64,000 nucleotides of DNA from Basidiobolus meristosporus CBS 931.73 (taxonomy: Eukaryota > Fungi > Basidiobolomycota). Where the stretch lies: the NCBI GenBank assembly GCA_002104905.1, contig MCFE01000134.1, positions 1-64,000 of the forward strand. The letters are read 5' to 3'. Of the stretch, positions 47,901-61,200 are shown in pieces. Every line of letters starts with the position of its first letter. The first letter of the stretch is position 1. A model generated the notes under the pieces. It did not search any database, was not told the origin of the DNA, and saw only the letters and a program-made list of their open reading frames with translations. The position numbers and the translations under genes are program-made.

Positions 47901-50900
47901 ATCACATCTGATGATTGAAAAAGAAGGGCAACCTTTTGTGCGGCAGAAGAGAATAATCCAAGAAATGCAGACTCCATTCCAGTACAAAACATACAGGTTC
48001 ATAAGGATATTTTGTTTTATGATCAACACTTCATTCCATTGACAACAAGTAAGACAAATACCAAGTATAAGCCCGTTGCATTGAAAGCAAAGCCAGTATC
48101 TACTGGAATATCACCATCTGCCCACAACAATCCTCAAATGGAGCCTTTGCACAAATATGACAAAATCAGACTCACAGAAGAGAAGCTCAAGGAGTTGGCT
48201 ATTGGGACTACTCTTTCCACTGAGGAGAAAAGTCTCTTTTTAACTATGCTACAACGCTATGACAATGTCTTTGCATTTAATGATGCACAAAGAAGATGTT
48301 TATCCACAGAGCTATTTCCACCGGTTAATATCCATACCGTTAAACATACACCATGGGCACTGAGATCATATCCTATTCCCTCAAGATTACTGAACAAAGT
48401 AATTGAAATGCTACAATCAAGATTTCAAAGTGGAGTCATTGAATATAGCTATGGACCTTATTGCAATCCCTGGTTTACACCGTTGAAGAAAAATGGAAGT
48501 CTACGGCTTATTCAAGATGTACAGCATTTGAATAAGGTCACCATCAAAGATGCTATGCAACCACCCATACAACATGAGTATATTGAGTCATTTACTGGAT
48601 ATCCTCTGATTACAACATTGGATCTTTATTCAGGATATGACCAAATACTTCTGGATCCTACCTCAAGAGATTTCACCGCTTTGGATACGCCAATAGGACT
48701 TATAAGGATGACAAGAATTCCTCAAGGATGGACAAACTCTGTCCAAAATTATCAATGTGCAATGATTTGAGTTTTGGATGACTGTTTCCCTGAAATATGC
48801 CAACCATTTCTTGATGACATTGCAGTTAAGAATAAGTCCAGAGAAAAAGATACATCGCATGTCTTACCTCAAGTAAGAAGATATGCTTATGATCACATAT
48901 GCACTGTTGAGAGGGTCATGAAGAAACTTCAAGCTTCTGGTCTGACTGTATCAGGAGCCAAATGCAAGTTTGGCTACAACAAAGCAATCATTCTAGGTGA
49001 ACTTGTTACTGAAAAAGGAAGATTGCCTGATCCTGCAAAACTTTCATCGGCACTGAATTGGAAGCCACCAAGGAATATTCATCAAGTCAGACAATTATTA
49101 GGACTTACTGGTCTATTGAGAGTCTGGATCAAGAACTATGCCCAAATTGCTAAGCCACTGACTCAGTTATTACAGAAAAACCAGAAATTTCAATGGCATG
49201 AAGAACAGGCAAATGCTATGTCGACATTGCTTGAGTCATTATTAAAGCCACCTGTCTTAGCAGCTATAGACTACAGTGTTATTGATTCTCAACCAATCAT
49301 TGTATCAGTTGATAGCTCTGGAATTGGGGTTGGTGGAATCATGATTCAAGTTTCAAAAGATCATCATCAACAACCTTGCAAATATCTTAGCAGACTATTC
49401 AAAGGGAATGAGCTTAACTATCCATCTATCAAGAAAGAAGCACTGGGAGTACTCTATGTACTCAAAAAGCTAAAGCCATACTTATTAGGAGTACACTTCA
49501 CACTGGAGGTTGATGCCAAGCCATTATTAGGAATGTTGAATAAGTTGGAGCTTTTGCCTGATCCTATTCTAGAATGGTGGATATCATACATCCAGATCTT
49601 TGACTTTACGCTGCAACACATACCAGGAGCCAATCACAAAGGACCTGATGCCTTATCTAGAAAGCAACCAAATTCACCGTACTCAACTGATGATGATGAG
49701 ATTGATGAGTTCCTTGAAAACACTAGTCTTGGATTCTCATTCAGACATATGATACAAAGCAATTATCAACAAATCAAGGAATTTCTTACATCACTCAAAG
49801 TTCCTGCTGATAGTCCCACAAATCAACGCACAAATCTTAAAAAGAAGGCTCTGAAGTTTATACTGCATGACGGCACACTTTTCAGAAAAAGCAAACATGG
49901 AGTTCCTTGACAGTATATACATAACAAGCATGATCAAGAGAAGTTCATTCAAGAATTGCATGAATCTGAATCAGGAGGTCATAAGGGAATTACATCAACA
50001 TATGCAAAAATCTCCTTACGGTATTTTTGGCCAATGCTGTACACCAACACAAAAGAATATGTGAATCATGTATTCCATGTCAAAGAAGAGACAACCAAAA
50101 GATACATGAACCACTTCACAGCATATACACATCTTATGCTTGGCAAATTGCACATGTAGATATTATACATTTACCAAGGGCAACAGCTGGGTATAAATAT
50201 GTGGTGGACTGTTGTGATAACTTTACTGGTTGGATAGAGGCTAGAATGCTGAAACATGCCAATGCAAAAGCAGTAGCAAGATTTCTCAACAAAGATGTAT
50301 ATCTCAGACATAGTTCAGTTGGCACCCTTATTGCAGACAATGGAGAATGTGGATCTTATGAAATACAAGCACTAGCAACAAAGCATGGAACCAAGCTTAT
50401 ACATACAATGCCATATCACCCACAAGCAAATTCACCAGTTGAACGTGGACATTCTGCTTTTGCAAACACATTAGCAAAGCTTAGCTATGAAGAACCCAAC
50501 AAGTGGGCAAATAACTTTCATGCAGCAATTTGGGCTGATAGAGTTATAGTCAAAAGAAGTACAGGGTATACACCATTTTTTTTAATATATGGACATGAAG
50601 CTGTTTTGCCGATAGACATATCTTTTGAGAATTGGCTTATCCTCCCATGGAAACCAACCATGACAACATCAGAGCTATTGCTAGCAAGAGTACAACAGAT
50701 TCAACAAGCACACACTCTGCAACAGAATGCAATGGAAAACCTGAAGAAATCCAGAATGGCTGGCAAAGAGTACTTTGACGCTCAAAAATGCCTAAGAAAA
50801 ACATTGTTAGAAGTAGGTGAGTTGATACTACTTCACAACACAAAAAGCCAAAGAAACAAGGCATGCAAGCTGGATATTCAATGGCAAGGTCCTTACAAGA

Positions 50901-52143
50901 TCATACATGCAAACAAAAATGGATCTTACAAACTAGCAGAACTTGACAGTACACCACTTGCACTGACACAACCTGGTAACAGATTGAAGAAGTTCCATAT
51001 TAGAAGTAATAATGAGGGCATTATTTCTCAAAGTTAGGGGAGACTTGTGGTAATGGAAAGTATTCCATTACTACAATATCTCTAAACCAATATTGCACTC
51101 ATTTCTTTATTTTGCTTTTTGCTATCATAACACAAAAGTGAAAGATCAAGAATTTCCAACTTTGATGAACAAATGCTCCAAACCCTGACAAGCAATCCAC
51201 CCAAGAATATTATGTCATACAGAACACGTAGTAACCAACACATGATTCAAATTACAGCACATTTGAAGCAGTACTTAAGGAGTTATGACCAAAAAAGTCC
51301 AACTATTATATATACTATGCCTTATTGCTAGGATTACTATGGTGACTTTGATTGTGTGTAACTTTTGAACCAGCCAATCAAATCACGTGAAGTTTTCACA
51401 GGTGCTGCGCCTATGTCCGATCTGCGCCACTGCAAGATTTTAGCTTTGTATCACGTGTATTGCTTGCGCATTTGCCCAAAAACTTTGATCCTTCAAAATT
51501 TTCATATATATGACTTCCCCAGCTGAAAAATAAAAGAGAGAGCCTCTCTTTCCAGAATCTCCACACTACAATTACAAGTTTAAAGGTTATAAGACTTCCC
51601 CTGCATCACTTGCACTGTTGAGTATTCTGACTTTGATTGGTACTACATCAGTAAAGAGACTGCAAAGCTCACAAGAATCCAATCTAAGTTCTACAAGAAA
51701 CTACCACTTTTCTGTCAGAAAAGTCCCCTCTAAGAAGCCCCTTTACTCTAAAGACACCCCTTTAGACACCCCTTTAGGTCTAAAGACCCCTTTAGAGACT
51801 TCTACAACACACCCCTTTAGGTTAAAGGGGAGTTCAGAATTTCCATATTAGGGAATATTTTCTCAGAAAGGAAAGTGACTTCCAAATAAGGAAAAGTTAC
51901 TATAAAAGTAAATAAGCCTATTAGTCAACAGAAGGTCAGAACACTGCTGTAGAAGTGATAAACACTGCCTACAGTATATTTTGACCCTAAGATTGAGGAA
52001 ATTAGTGAAAGTTATATCTTCTATTGGTATATCAAACTCCCAATAACCTATTTTAGTATTAGCATACTGGAAGTTGTTGTATATTGTTGATTAGCCTCTA
52101 CATTGTAGAACAAGCCCCAAACTAATCATAATACAACACAACA
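44936..52143 (+). mobile_element. Full-length Ty3/gypsy element A (7208 bp, 1098-bp LTRs, 4-bp TSD GTGC)
   Basis: LTRs at 44936-46033 and 51046-52143, with about 9 mismatches by eye. GTGC at 44932-44935 and 52144-52147; the host CACTA-like sequence resumes afterwards. PBS-like TGGTGGAGGACCTGGG at 46040-46055; PPT AGGGGAGACT precedes 51046. Confidence 0.97.
46101..51037 (+). pseudogene. Gypsy A gag-PR-RT-RNaseH-IN single-frame polyprotein with five in-frame stops and one frameshift
   Basis: CCHC CVYCESAEHSRYGC (DUF4100-like context), protease VFDSGSEINAI, RT LDLYSGYDQI..FLDD, RNase H VDSSG..KKEALG, integrase GGHKG..C..C and HVDIIHL..IADNGE. Stops at 47526, 47694, 47916, 48768 and 49908; frameshift at ~50060. 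No chromodomain seen. Confidence 0.93.
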
Positions 52144-52147
52144 GTGC

Positions 52148-55100
52148 CTGTTAATGTTGCAAAACTATACTGAAGACATTATGATAACCTTGTGAGCTCT
52201 TGATGTTGTTACTTTGTCTGTAGGTAGGATCTCCACTCCATCAACAATGGAGGATGTGGAGGCTGTGGCAGATAAGTTGCTTTTCTCCGCAAATGCATCT
52301 ACCTTGCTGGAGTATTGTTCACCTGGCTATGTTTCCAACTCTTGTGAAATTAGCTGTTTTCTTGTTATTAATTCTTCTTGGCTATGGTGGGATTTAGTCT
52401 GTTCCAGGTGTATAGTGTAAATTGGCAAAAACTGCAGCTTTTTCTCACGCTTCCCTGCCTCTGGCTTGGGTGGACACTCTTACTATTTGCCTCTTCCTTT
52501 ATCACTTCCAGGTCCTTCACTGCTACTTTGCCTAAGTTGTTGTTTTATTGAACTACATTTTTTCCTTGATAAATGCTGCTCTGATGCATCTGTTTGGGCC
52601 TGCTTGTCTCTTGCAGGCATTCTTCTGGCAACCTGACATTTCTTTTCCGCTTGTTTTGAGTCTCAGCCATAGTTGTGACATGCTTCTTTGGTAGCCCCTT
52701 GTTCTTATCACTGCCTGGTTCTTTACTACTACATTGACTAAGTGCTTCTTGCGTAGAACTACATTTTTTCCTTGATGAACATTGTGCTGGTGCATCTGTG
52801 TCTACCTGCTTGTTCCCAATTGGTACTCTTCCAGCTACCTGATGTCTCTTTCATGCTTATTTAGAGCTTTTGGCCCTGCTTGTAATGGGCTCTTGAGGAA
52901 TCTGCTAGTTTTTAGCCATTGCACCCTTGTTATACTCCCTTTGATAGTTTCTGCTATTCTTGAGATACTTTCTTGGCATACTAATGATGTTCTAAAATCT
53001 GTTTGCACATTTGAATCCAGGATAATACTCATAGAACAAGTCAAGCATATTCTGCTTGGCCTTGTGTTCCTGATGGTCCTATAGTATGCCAGCCTTAAGA
53101 TGAAGGAATGTTAGACCTCAAATGGCCTCTTGAATATTAGCCCACTCTTTGCATTGCACTCAATGGCTTCACAGATCATCCATGTCTTTCAATTTTTAGG
53201 CTTTGGTATAATCTCTGCAGCTTCTCCCTCCCATGATGTGATAGATGTTTCTGTGGCATTATCTTTTGACACTGTTGTTGTGATTCAAAGACTGTGTAGT
53301 GCTCTTCTACTATTACATTGGGAAATGCCTCAGTTCTTGGCTGTGGCATTGAGCTACCTGAGTTCCATCTTTGCCGCAAAGATACTGCTTTCTCTTCCTG
53401 TAATATTGAGTACTCTGCATTTATTATCTGCTTATATTTTTCTGGACTTATCACTGACTTTTCTAGACCATTGCATCCATCCTATCAGCCACTGCACCTA
53501 GTTGCCTCATTAATGCTTTGGTATCAGCTGACAACATACTAGTAATACAGGTTGTGGTAATGTTAAAATAGTCACTAGCTGGTCCTCAGCTGAAGCTACT
53601 GCTTTTGCTTCACTCCCATTAGCCCCAGCATTATGGTCAGCTTGTGTCTCTGCAGAAATTCCCAATTGCCAACTGGACTGGGAGCCTGAGGAGTCTGCAT
53701 CTTTACCTTCAATGGGCACACTGTCCTCAGGACCTATTTTGGCTCTAGACCTGCTTGTAACACTGAGTATCAAAGCAAGCTATTGTCCATCTGCTCTTCT
53801 GCTGCTGTCAGTGGTGCAGTTTGGCTGGGAACCATACAACTTTGCAATATTTTTTGGCTGCATGTATTCAGAAGTGAATCAAACCAAAGGGGAAGTGGTG
53901 TTACATATATGTGTGTATGTGGTGCCACAACTTTGTGTATACTCTTATAGGTGCAATGTCTCAAATAAAAGACTGTTGTAAACTCACATGAGCATTGACA
54001 AAAATGATATAATAGCCTTATGTTGTTGAGTGTTGTATTGTTTGCCCTATGGACAAGACTACTTTGATTTGAAGCTGTGAGAGAAGAGAAAAAAGACTAT
54101 ATGGCTATTATAGCAAGCCTCTCTGCCATGCAGCATGCAGACAGCATAGGAAGTAGTACCAGGATCATTGCCAGTGCTTTGCCACACAGGTCATAATTGA
54201 CCATTCATCAGTCTCTACTGTACCAACAATATCTTGCCAGCCACTTTATACTTCTATAACAGCACCTGGCCATACTTGCCACCTTGTGCAAGCTAGTTGG
54301 GTGAGTTTGCAACACCTTTAGGCTGACCCCAGCTTTTGTTTCCTCTAATAACAGTAATGAGGGCTTTCAGGACTTACTACTACTTCTTGCCAAAATCATT
54401 CAAGGATGAAACTTTCCATGTAAATGATTGAAATGGACAAATATCATGCAGTTGGTAACATATGACCCAGTAACTGTCCTGATATCAGCATGTGTTAACA
54501 GCTGCATGCTATTCATATCAGAAAGTGACACCATTGCAAGGTGTCCAAAGATTCAGGAATCCACCACCATTGGGGGTAAACACTGTTCCCACTACAGATA
54601 TATTCCAGTAATACCCTGTCTTAAAAAGCTCATGAAGTCCAACAAATATTGAGAAGCTATAAAGTGCCACACTCAATGCCAATCTAGCACAAATATATTC
54701 AATATACTTGATTGCAAATATTATAAACAGCCACAAAGCAAGGGTGGCTGTGGAGGTGTGTATGACCATGCCTTTGCTTTGGCACTTGATTGATATTAAA
54801 CAAGTACTCTACCAGCAAAACCTACTGGCCACTGATTCTGACAAACTTGAGTCTGCCACTTATCTTGCAGTACCAGAGCCCAAATCAGAATATAGTCTCA
54901 CTGGTATCTGGGCCTATATCACCATCCAACCTGGATAGCTACCTTTATCCATTGCTGGATATATTTTGTGTGCATTCCAGCAGAATAACAGTAAATGGCT
55001 GTCATGGCAAAGCTCATTTCATTATCTGCATTGGAGATAATGTAGCCATAAGCAAGATAGCTGATTTGTCTGGGCACAATGGATGGAATTGCTGTCAAGT

Positions 55101-55235
55101 GAGTGATATCTAGGGGATTTACTCCATAGCTCACACTCATTCTTATTACCCAAGGAACAACACTATGAACACAATCTTCCCATTGAGAGAACATATGAAT
55201 GTCAACATGCTATTGCAGTTATGGTGGCAGGCTAT
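52148..55235. mobile_element. CACTA-like unit, copy 4 (continuation of 44760-44935), including transposase N-terminus/core at ~54050-55235
   Basis: ORF 54790-55113 reads YWPLILTNLSLP..LVSGPISPSNLDSYLYPLLD..IGDNVAISKIADLSGHNGWNCCQV. Colinear with 36300-39850. Confidence 0.7.
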
Positions 55236-58200
55236 TGTTATGATCTGCTGCCTGAATGGTTAAGTTAGATCAGTTTTTAGTCAAATCAATTACGTATATG
55301 TTTAGCCTATCAGTATATCAGTATAATCATTCAAATCAGTAGCATTAATCAGCAAATGAATCAGCAGATCCTTACCAGACAGAAATAGATATTTCAAGTA
55401 GGCTCTTATTGGGTGATGATGATGCAATCAAATGAGTCACCAGCCACAGCTACATTAGAAAATACAATTAGTCTTCATCTGACCTGGCAAAATGTATATA
55501 AGGAGCCGCTGAAACCTCAATAAAGATCAGTTCATGTTTTAGTAAATACAATACTGGCTAAACTCCCTATTCCTCTACAACTCTTATACCAAGACTGGTA
55601 ACATTGGTGGCAGCAATAATTGGAAACATCCCTCCTGAAGAAAGAAGAGGCCTCCCTCAAGATGTAAGAAAATGAAGAATGGCAGAATGCTATGCAACAA
55701 ATCCTAGCCCAGCAGCAACAGTTACTCCAGATCCTTAGCCAGCAACAACAAGGTATGACTATCATGGCCCAAAGTCAGCAAAGCCCTGTCAAGTGCATCT
55801 TTAGTGTGAAGGTCAACAATTACCATGGTAGAGTCAATGAAAACCTGAGAACTTAGCTCTTCCAGATTGAAGGAGCTTTCAAGGGAAAGGGAATTGCTCC
55901 ATAATGCAAGGTACATTATGCAGCCTCTTACCTGGCAGATGCAGCTTTACAGTGGTACCACAATAAGATCAGGTCAACCACCATGATAGGATGCTTTACA
56001 ATCTTTACCTGGGATGAGTTTGTGTTAGAAATTCAGGATGCCTTGAGCCCCCACACCAACAGACACTACAAGAAGAAAGTTGAAGATATTACAAGTCTTG
56101 GTATAAGAATTGTAGAGGAATAGGGAGTTTAGCTAGTATTGTATTCACTAAAACTTGAACTGATTTTTATTGAGGTTCCAGCAGCTCCTTATATACATTT
56201 TGCCAGATCAATTGCTGACTAATTGTACTTCCTAATGTAGGTTGTGGCTGATGACTCATTTGATTGTATCATCATCACCCAATAAGGTCTTATCTAATAT
56301 ATCTATTTCTGTCTGATAAGAATCTGCTGATTCATTTGCTGACTAATGCTACTGATTTCATAGATAATACTGATATATTGATAACCTAAACATATACTAA
56401 TTGATTTGACTAAAAACTAATCTAACTTAAGCATCCAAGCAGCAGATCATAACATTCTCCCTTACTAAAGTTGAGAGGGTTCTCCTGAATCTCTTTTCTT
56501 GTGATACCAATATCTTGATGGTTCAGTATTATCAGCAAGTCTTGCAAGCTTGAGTCTGTCCCTATGCACTAAGTCTTCCCAGATATTACCTTGTTTGTCC
56601 ACCAGTTGGTAAGTTGCACATGGACATTCTCTGATGATCTTGAATGGTCCTGTTCATTGTGGCTCAAACTTCTTCCAAGTGTTGTTTCTTAGCAATACAA
56701 AGTTCCCAACTGTCAACGCTTCTGGTGCTATAGTCTTATCAAATCTCTGCTTCATCTTTTCTGCACATTGAGATACTTTGGTCTGTGCCTCTTGACATCT
56801 TTGTTCCAGTTGCTGGTGTCTACTTGGCAGACTAAGTTCATCTTCTAAGGCATCTGTAAGCTTGGGTTGTGTGAGATCTCCTGGAATCCTTGGTTCACAT
56901 CCGTACATTAAGTAAAATGGTGATTGCTGGATAGTGTTGTATACTCTGACTCTGCATGCAAAGAGTGCTTGGTCTATATACTTATCCCATCTACTGACAA
57001 CTCCATTTGCATACTTGGTCAGCATTTTTCCAAATAATCCATTAAACCGCTTGGTGACTCCATTAGTTCTGGGGTGATATGCCAAGGTTTTCAAGTGTCT
57101 GATCTGCTGCATTTCCAGGTAAGCCTCTAATGTCTTTGCCATAAAGTTTGCCCCTCTATCAGATAAGATCTCCACAGGGCATCCAAACTTCATCAGGATC
57201 TCATGGTAAATGAAACTTGCAACTTCTTGTTCACTGGCTATTGGTACAGCATTAGCAACTGGCCATCTAGTGGCATGGTCAATTGCTACTATGATCCAAC
57301 GGTTGCATTTTCTGGTAGTTGGCAGTCTTCCAATAAAGTCAATTCCCCATCTCTTAAATGGTCTTACAGGCTCCAAAGGGAAGTGTTTGGCAATTCTTTG
57401 TGGCTGGCCTTGATTGATTTGGGAGTTTGGGCATGTTTTCACTAGCTCCTCAATATCTTGTTTCATTCTGGGCCACCATGCTCTGGCTTTCACAAGGCTA
57501 TAGGTTCCTTTAATCCCTAGATGTCCATATCCATTGTGTAGCTTATGTATTAAATCCAGGCAAGAAACACAAGGGCAATAGGCAATAGGGCTTCCATCAA
57601 CAATTGGGTAGAGTGTTTCATCCGGTACTACAAATTTGCTGGCTTCATCACAGATTATCTTCTTGATATCTTTATCCACCTCATTATGAATGGCTTGGTC
57701 CTCCAAGTACTTTTGTAATAGGCTAGGCCAATCTGATTCATGCACCAAGTTGAGTTGTGCAACTTGATCTAATCTTGATAAGGCGTGAGCAACCGTGTTG
57801 TTTTTTCCAGGGCAGTAGACAATCTCCAGGTCAAATTGCTGAATGTATTCACTCCATCTTGTCATTCTTCTAGAGAGTACCTTCTGAGTAAATATATACT
57901 TGAGGGAGGCATGATCAGTCTTTACAGTGCATTTGACTCCTTCAATATAGCATTTCCATGTCTTCAAACAGTGTATTATAGCAATCATCTCCTTCTCATG
58001 GACTGGATAGTTTTGTTCTGCTGAGTTCAGTTTCTTGGATTCAAAGGCAACAGGGTAGTCCTTTCCCTTGTGTTCTTAGCTCAGCACTCCACCAATTGCA
58101 TAATCTGAAGCATATGTGCACAGAATGAACTCTTTTCTGAAGTCTGGTATTCTTAAGCTTGGCAGCTTAGCAAGTTCATTCTTGAGCATCTGGAAGGCAG

Positions 58201-61200
58201 TGTCACAAGCTATGTCCCACTTGTAGGTATTGCTTTTCTGGAGGATATCAGTTAAAGGGGCTGCAATACTTGCAAAAGACTTGACAAATATCCAATAATA
58301 GGAAACCATTCCAAGGAATGATCTGAGTTCTGATATACTATGGGGCTACTTCAAATTCTTGATAACTTCAACCTTCCTAGGGTCTAAGGTCACTCCTGTG
58401 CTAGTCACTATGTGTCCCAGGTATTCAATGTGTTCCTTGAAGAATTCACACTTGGCTAGCTTGCCATATAGCTTGTTCTCTCTTAGTTTCTTCAAGACCT
58501 TTTCAATGTGCACCATGTGATCCTCTTCTGTCTTGATGTATATCAATATGTCATCCAGGAGATTATCACAAACTTGTCTAAGTACTCCTGAAAGACAGTC
58601 TACATCAGCATCATGAATGTTGCAGGGGCATTAGTGAGGCCAAAACTCATGACTAAGTACTCGTAATGTCCATATCTGGTCCTGAATGCTCTCTTAGGGA
58701 TATCTTCTGGTTTCACCCTAATCTGGTTGTATCCTGACATGAGGTCAATCTTGCTGAAAATAGTGGCTCCATTAAGTTGGTCCAAAAGCTCATCAATCCA
58801 AGGTATGGGGTACTTATTCTTGACAGTAACTGAGTTCAGGGCTCTGTAGTCAATGCACATCCTAAGTGTTCCATCCTTCTTTTTCACAAAAAGCACTGGT
58901 GCTCCCCAAGGTGACTTGCTGGGTCTGATGTATCCTTGCTCCAATAGCTGATCTGTTTGTCTCTTCATTTCCTCCAATTCCAATGGACTCATTCTGTAAG
59001 GTGTCTTGCTCACTGGAGGGCTATCTCCTGTGTCAATGGCATGATCCACGTCTCTGACTGGTGGTAGGCTTACATGCTCATCTGGAAACATGTCTGAATA
59101 TTTCTTCAAGAGAGTCTGGACCTGCTGGGGTGCTGGGGTGGAGGAATCCTCCTGTAAAACCACCATGAGGAACATCTGGGTACCTTTTCTAAGTGCTCTA
59201 CAGAACTGGGTCTTGCTAAGTTCACTTGTCTCACACATACTGGAATTGACCAAGTTAAAATCCAGCCTGCCAGGTAATAGCTCATAGGTCTTGTTGTCTT
59301 TTTGGATCTGAGCAGCATGGGTTCTCCAGTTGATTGATGGATCACAACAAAATAGCCAGGTTTTTCCAAGTACAAGGTCAAACTTGCAGTTCCAAAATAT
59401 ATAAGCCTGTAGGTCTTCTTCATAGTCATTGATCTTCATTCTTACTGGCTGAGTAATACAGTTGATTATGTGAGAGCTCCCATCAGCTGTTGAGACTGAA
59501 GTTGAATTGGTGGGCTCTGAGTTTATTCCAGCTTTCAAAGCAAATTGCTCTGACATGTACTCATGCAATGCTCCTGAGTCAATCATGATCTTGGCAGGTA
59601 CTCCATTGATTACTCCATTCAAATATAATAGCCATCCTGAGTTTGAAGTCATCTGGGATAGGTATTCTTCTGTCTTATGGAAGGTGAGTTCTGAGTCTTC
59701 TTCAAGTTCATCTTTCATGTTACTATGCTCTATGGCCTCAATATGGTTAAAGGTTCTTGATGGCTGGTGTCCATTTCTTCTCTGAGAGCAGTACTTTGCA
59801 ATATGTCCTTGCTGGTGGCAATTGAAGCATAGACCTTTCTTCTTACATTCTTCCAAGGCAGGATTCTTCTGCATAGTGTCTATTTCCATTGGTACTGCTT
59901 CTGACTATCTTCTTTCATAATGATTGTAACCTTTCTGATTAGTCACTGTAGGCTTCCCAACTCCAAACATAGCTGAGTCTTAGTCAATGGCAATCTTGAT
60001 GGCTTCTTCAATAGTCTGAGGTCTTTGATAATTCACTTCCTTGCAAGTTCTTTCTTTTAACCCATCAATAAAGTATTCATCTTGGTCCAGGGGGTCCATT
60101 CTTTCAATTTGTCCAAATAGACATCTGTACTCATAGATGTATTCTTGAACCATTCCTTTCTGTCTGAGTGTCTTTAACTTCCTTCTTAGTAGTGTCTGCT
60201 GGTGGGGAGGTTCAGAAGCATCCTGAACTTCTGACACAAACTCATCCCAGGTAGAGATTGCAGAGCATCCCATCATAGTGGCTGACCTGATCTTGTTGTG
60301 GTACCACTGTAAAGCTGCATCTGCCAGGTAAGAAGCTGCATAATGCAACTTGCTTTCTGGAGCAATTCCTTTAGCTTTAAAAGCTTTTTCAGTCTGAAAG
60401 AGCCAAGTCCCCAGGTTTTCATTGACTTTGCCATGGTACCAGTTGACCATCACACTAAAGTTGCTCTTGACAGGGCTTTGCTGGCTCTGAGCCATGGTAG
60501 TCATTCCTTGTTGCTGTTGGCTGAGGATCTGGAGTAACTGTTGTTGTTGGGCTAGGATTTGCTGCATGGCATTCTTCCATTCTTGATTGTCCGACATCTT
60601 GAGGGTGGTTTCTTCTTTCCTCAGAAGGGAGGTTTCTGGTATTTGCTGCTACCAATGTTACAAGTCTTGGTATAAGAATTGTAGAGGAATAGGGAGTTTA
60701 GCTAGTATTGTAATCACTAAAACTTGAACTGATTTTTATTGAGGTTCCAGCAGCTCCTTATATACAATTTGCCAGATTAATTGCTGACTAATTGTATTTC
60801 CTAATGTAGGCTGTAGCTGATGACTCATTTGATTGCATCATCATCACCCAATAAGATCTTACTTAATATATCTATTTCTGTCTGATAAGGATCTACTGAT
60901 TCATTTGCTGACTAATGCTACTGATTTCATAGATAATACTGATATACTGATAACCTAAACATATACTAATTGATTTGACTAAAAACTGATCTAACTTAAA
61001 CATCCAAGTGGCAGATCATAACAAAGACACTCAGACAGAAAGGAATGGTCCAAGAGTGCATCTATAAATATAGATGTCTACTTGAGCAAATTGAAAGAAT
61101 GGACCCTCTAAATCACGTGGAATACTTCATTGATGGGTTGAAAGAAAGAACTTGTAAGGAAGTGAATTATTGAAGACCTCAGACTATTGAAGAAGCCATC

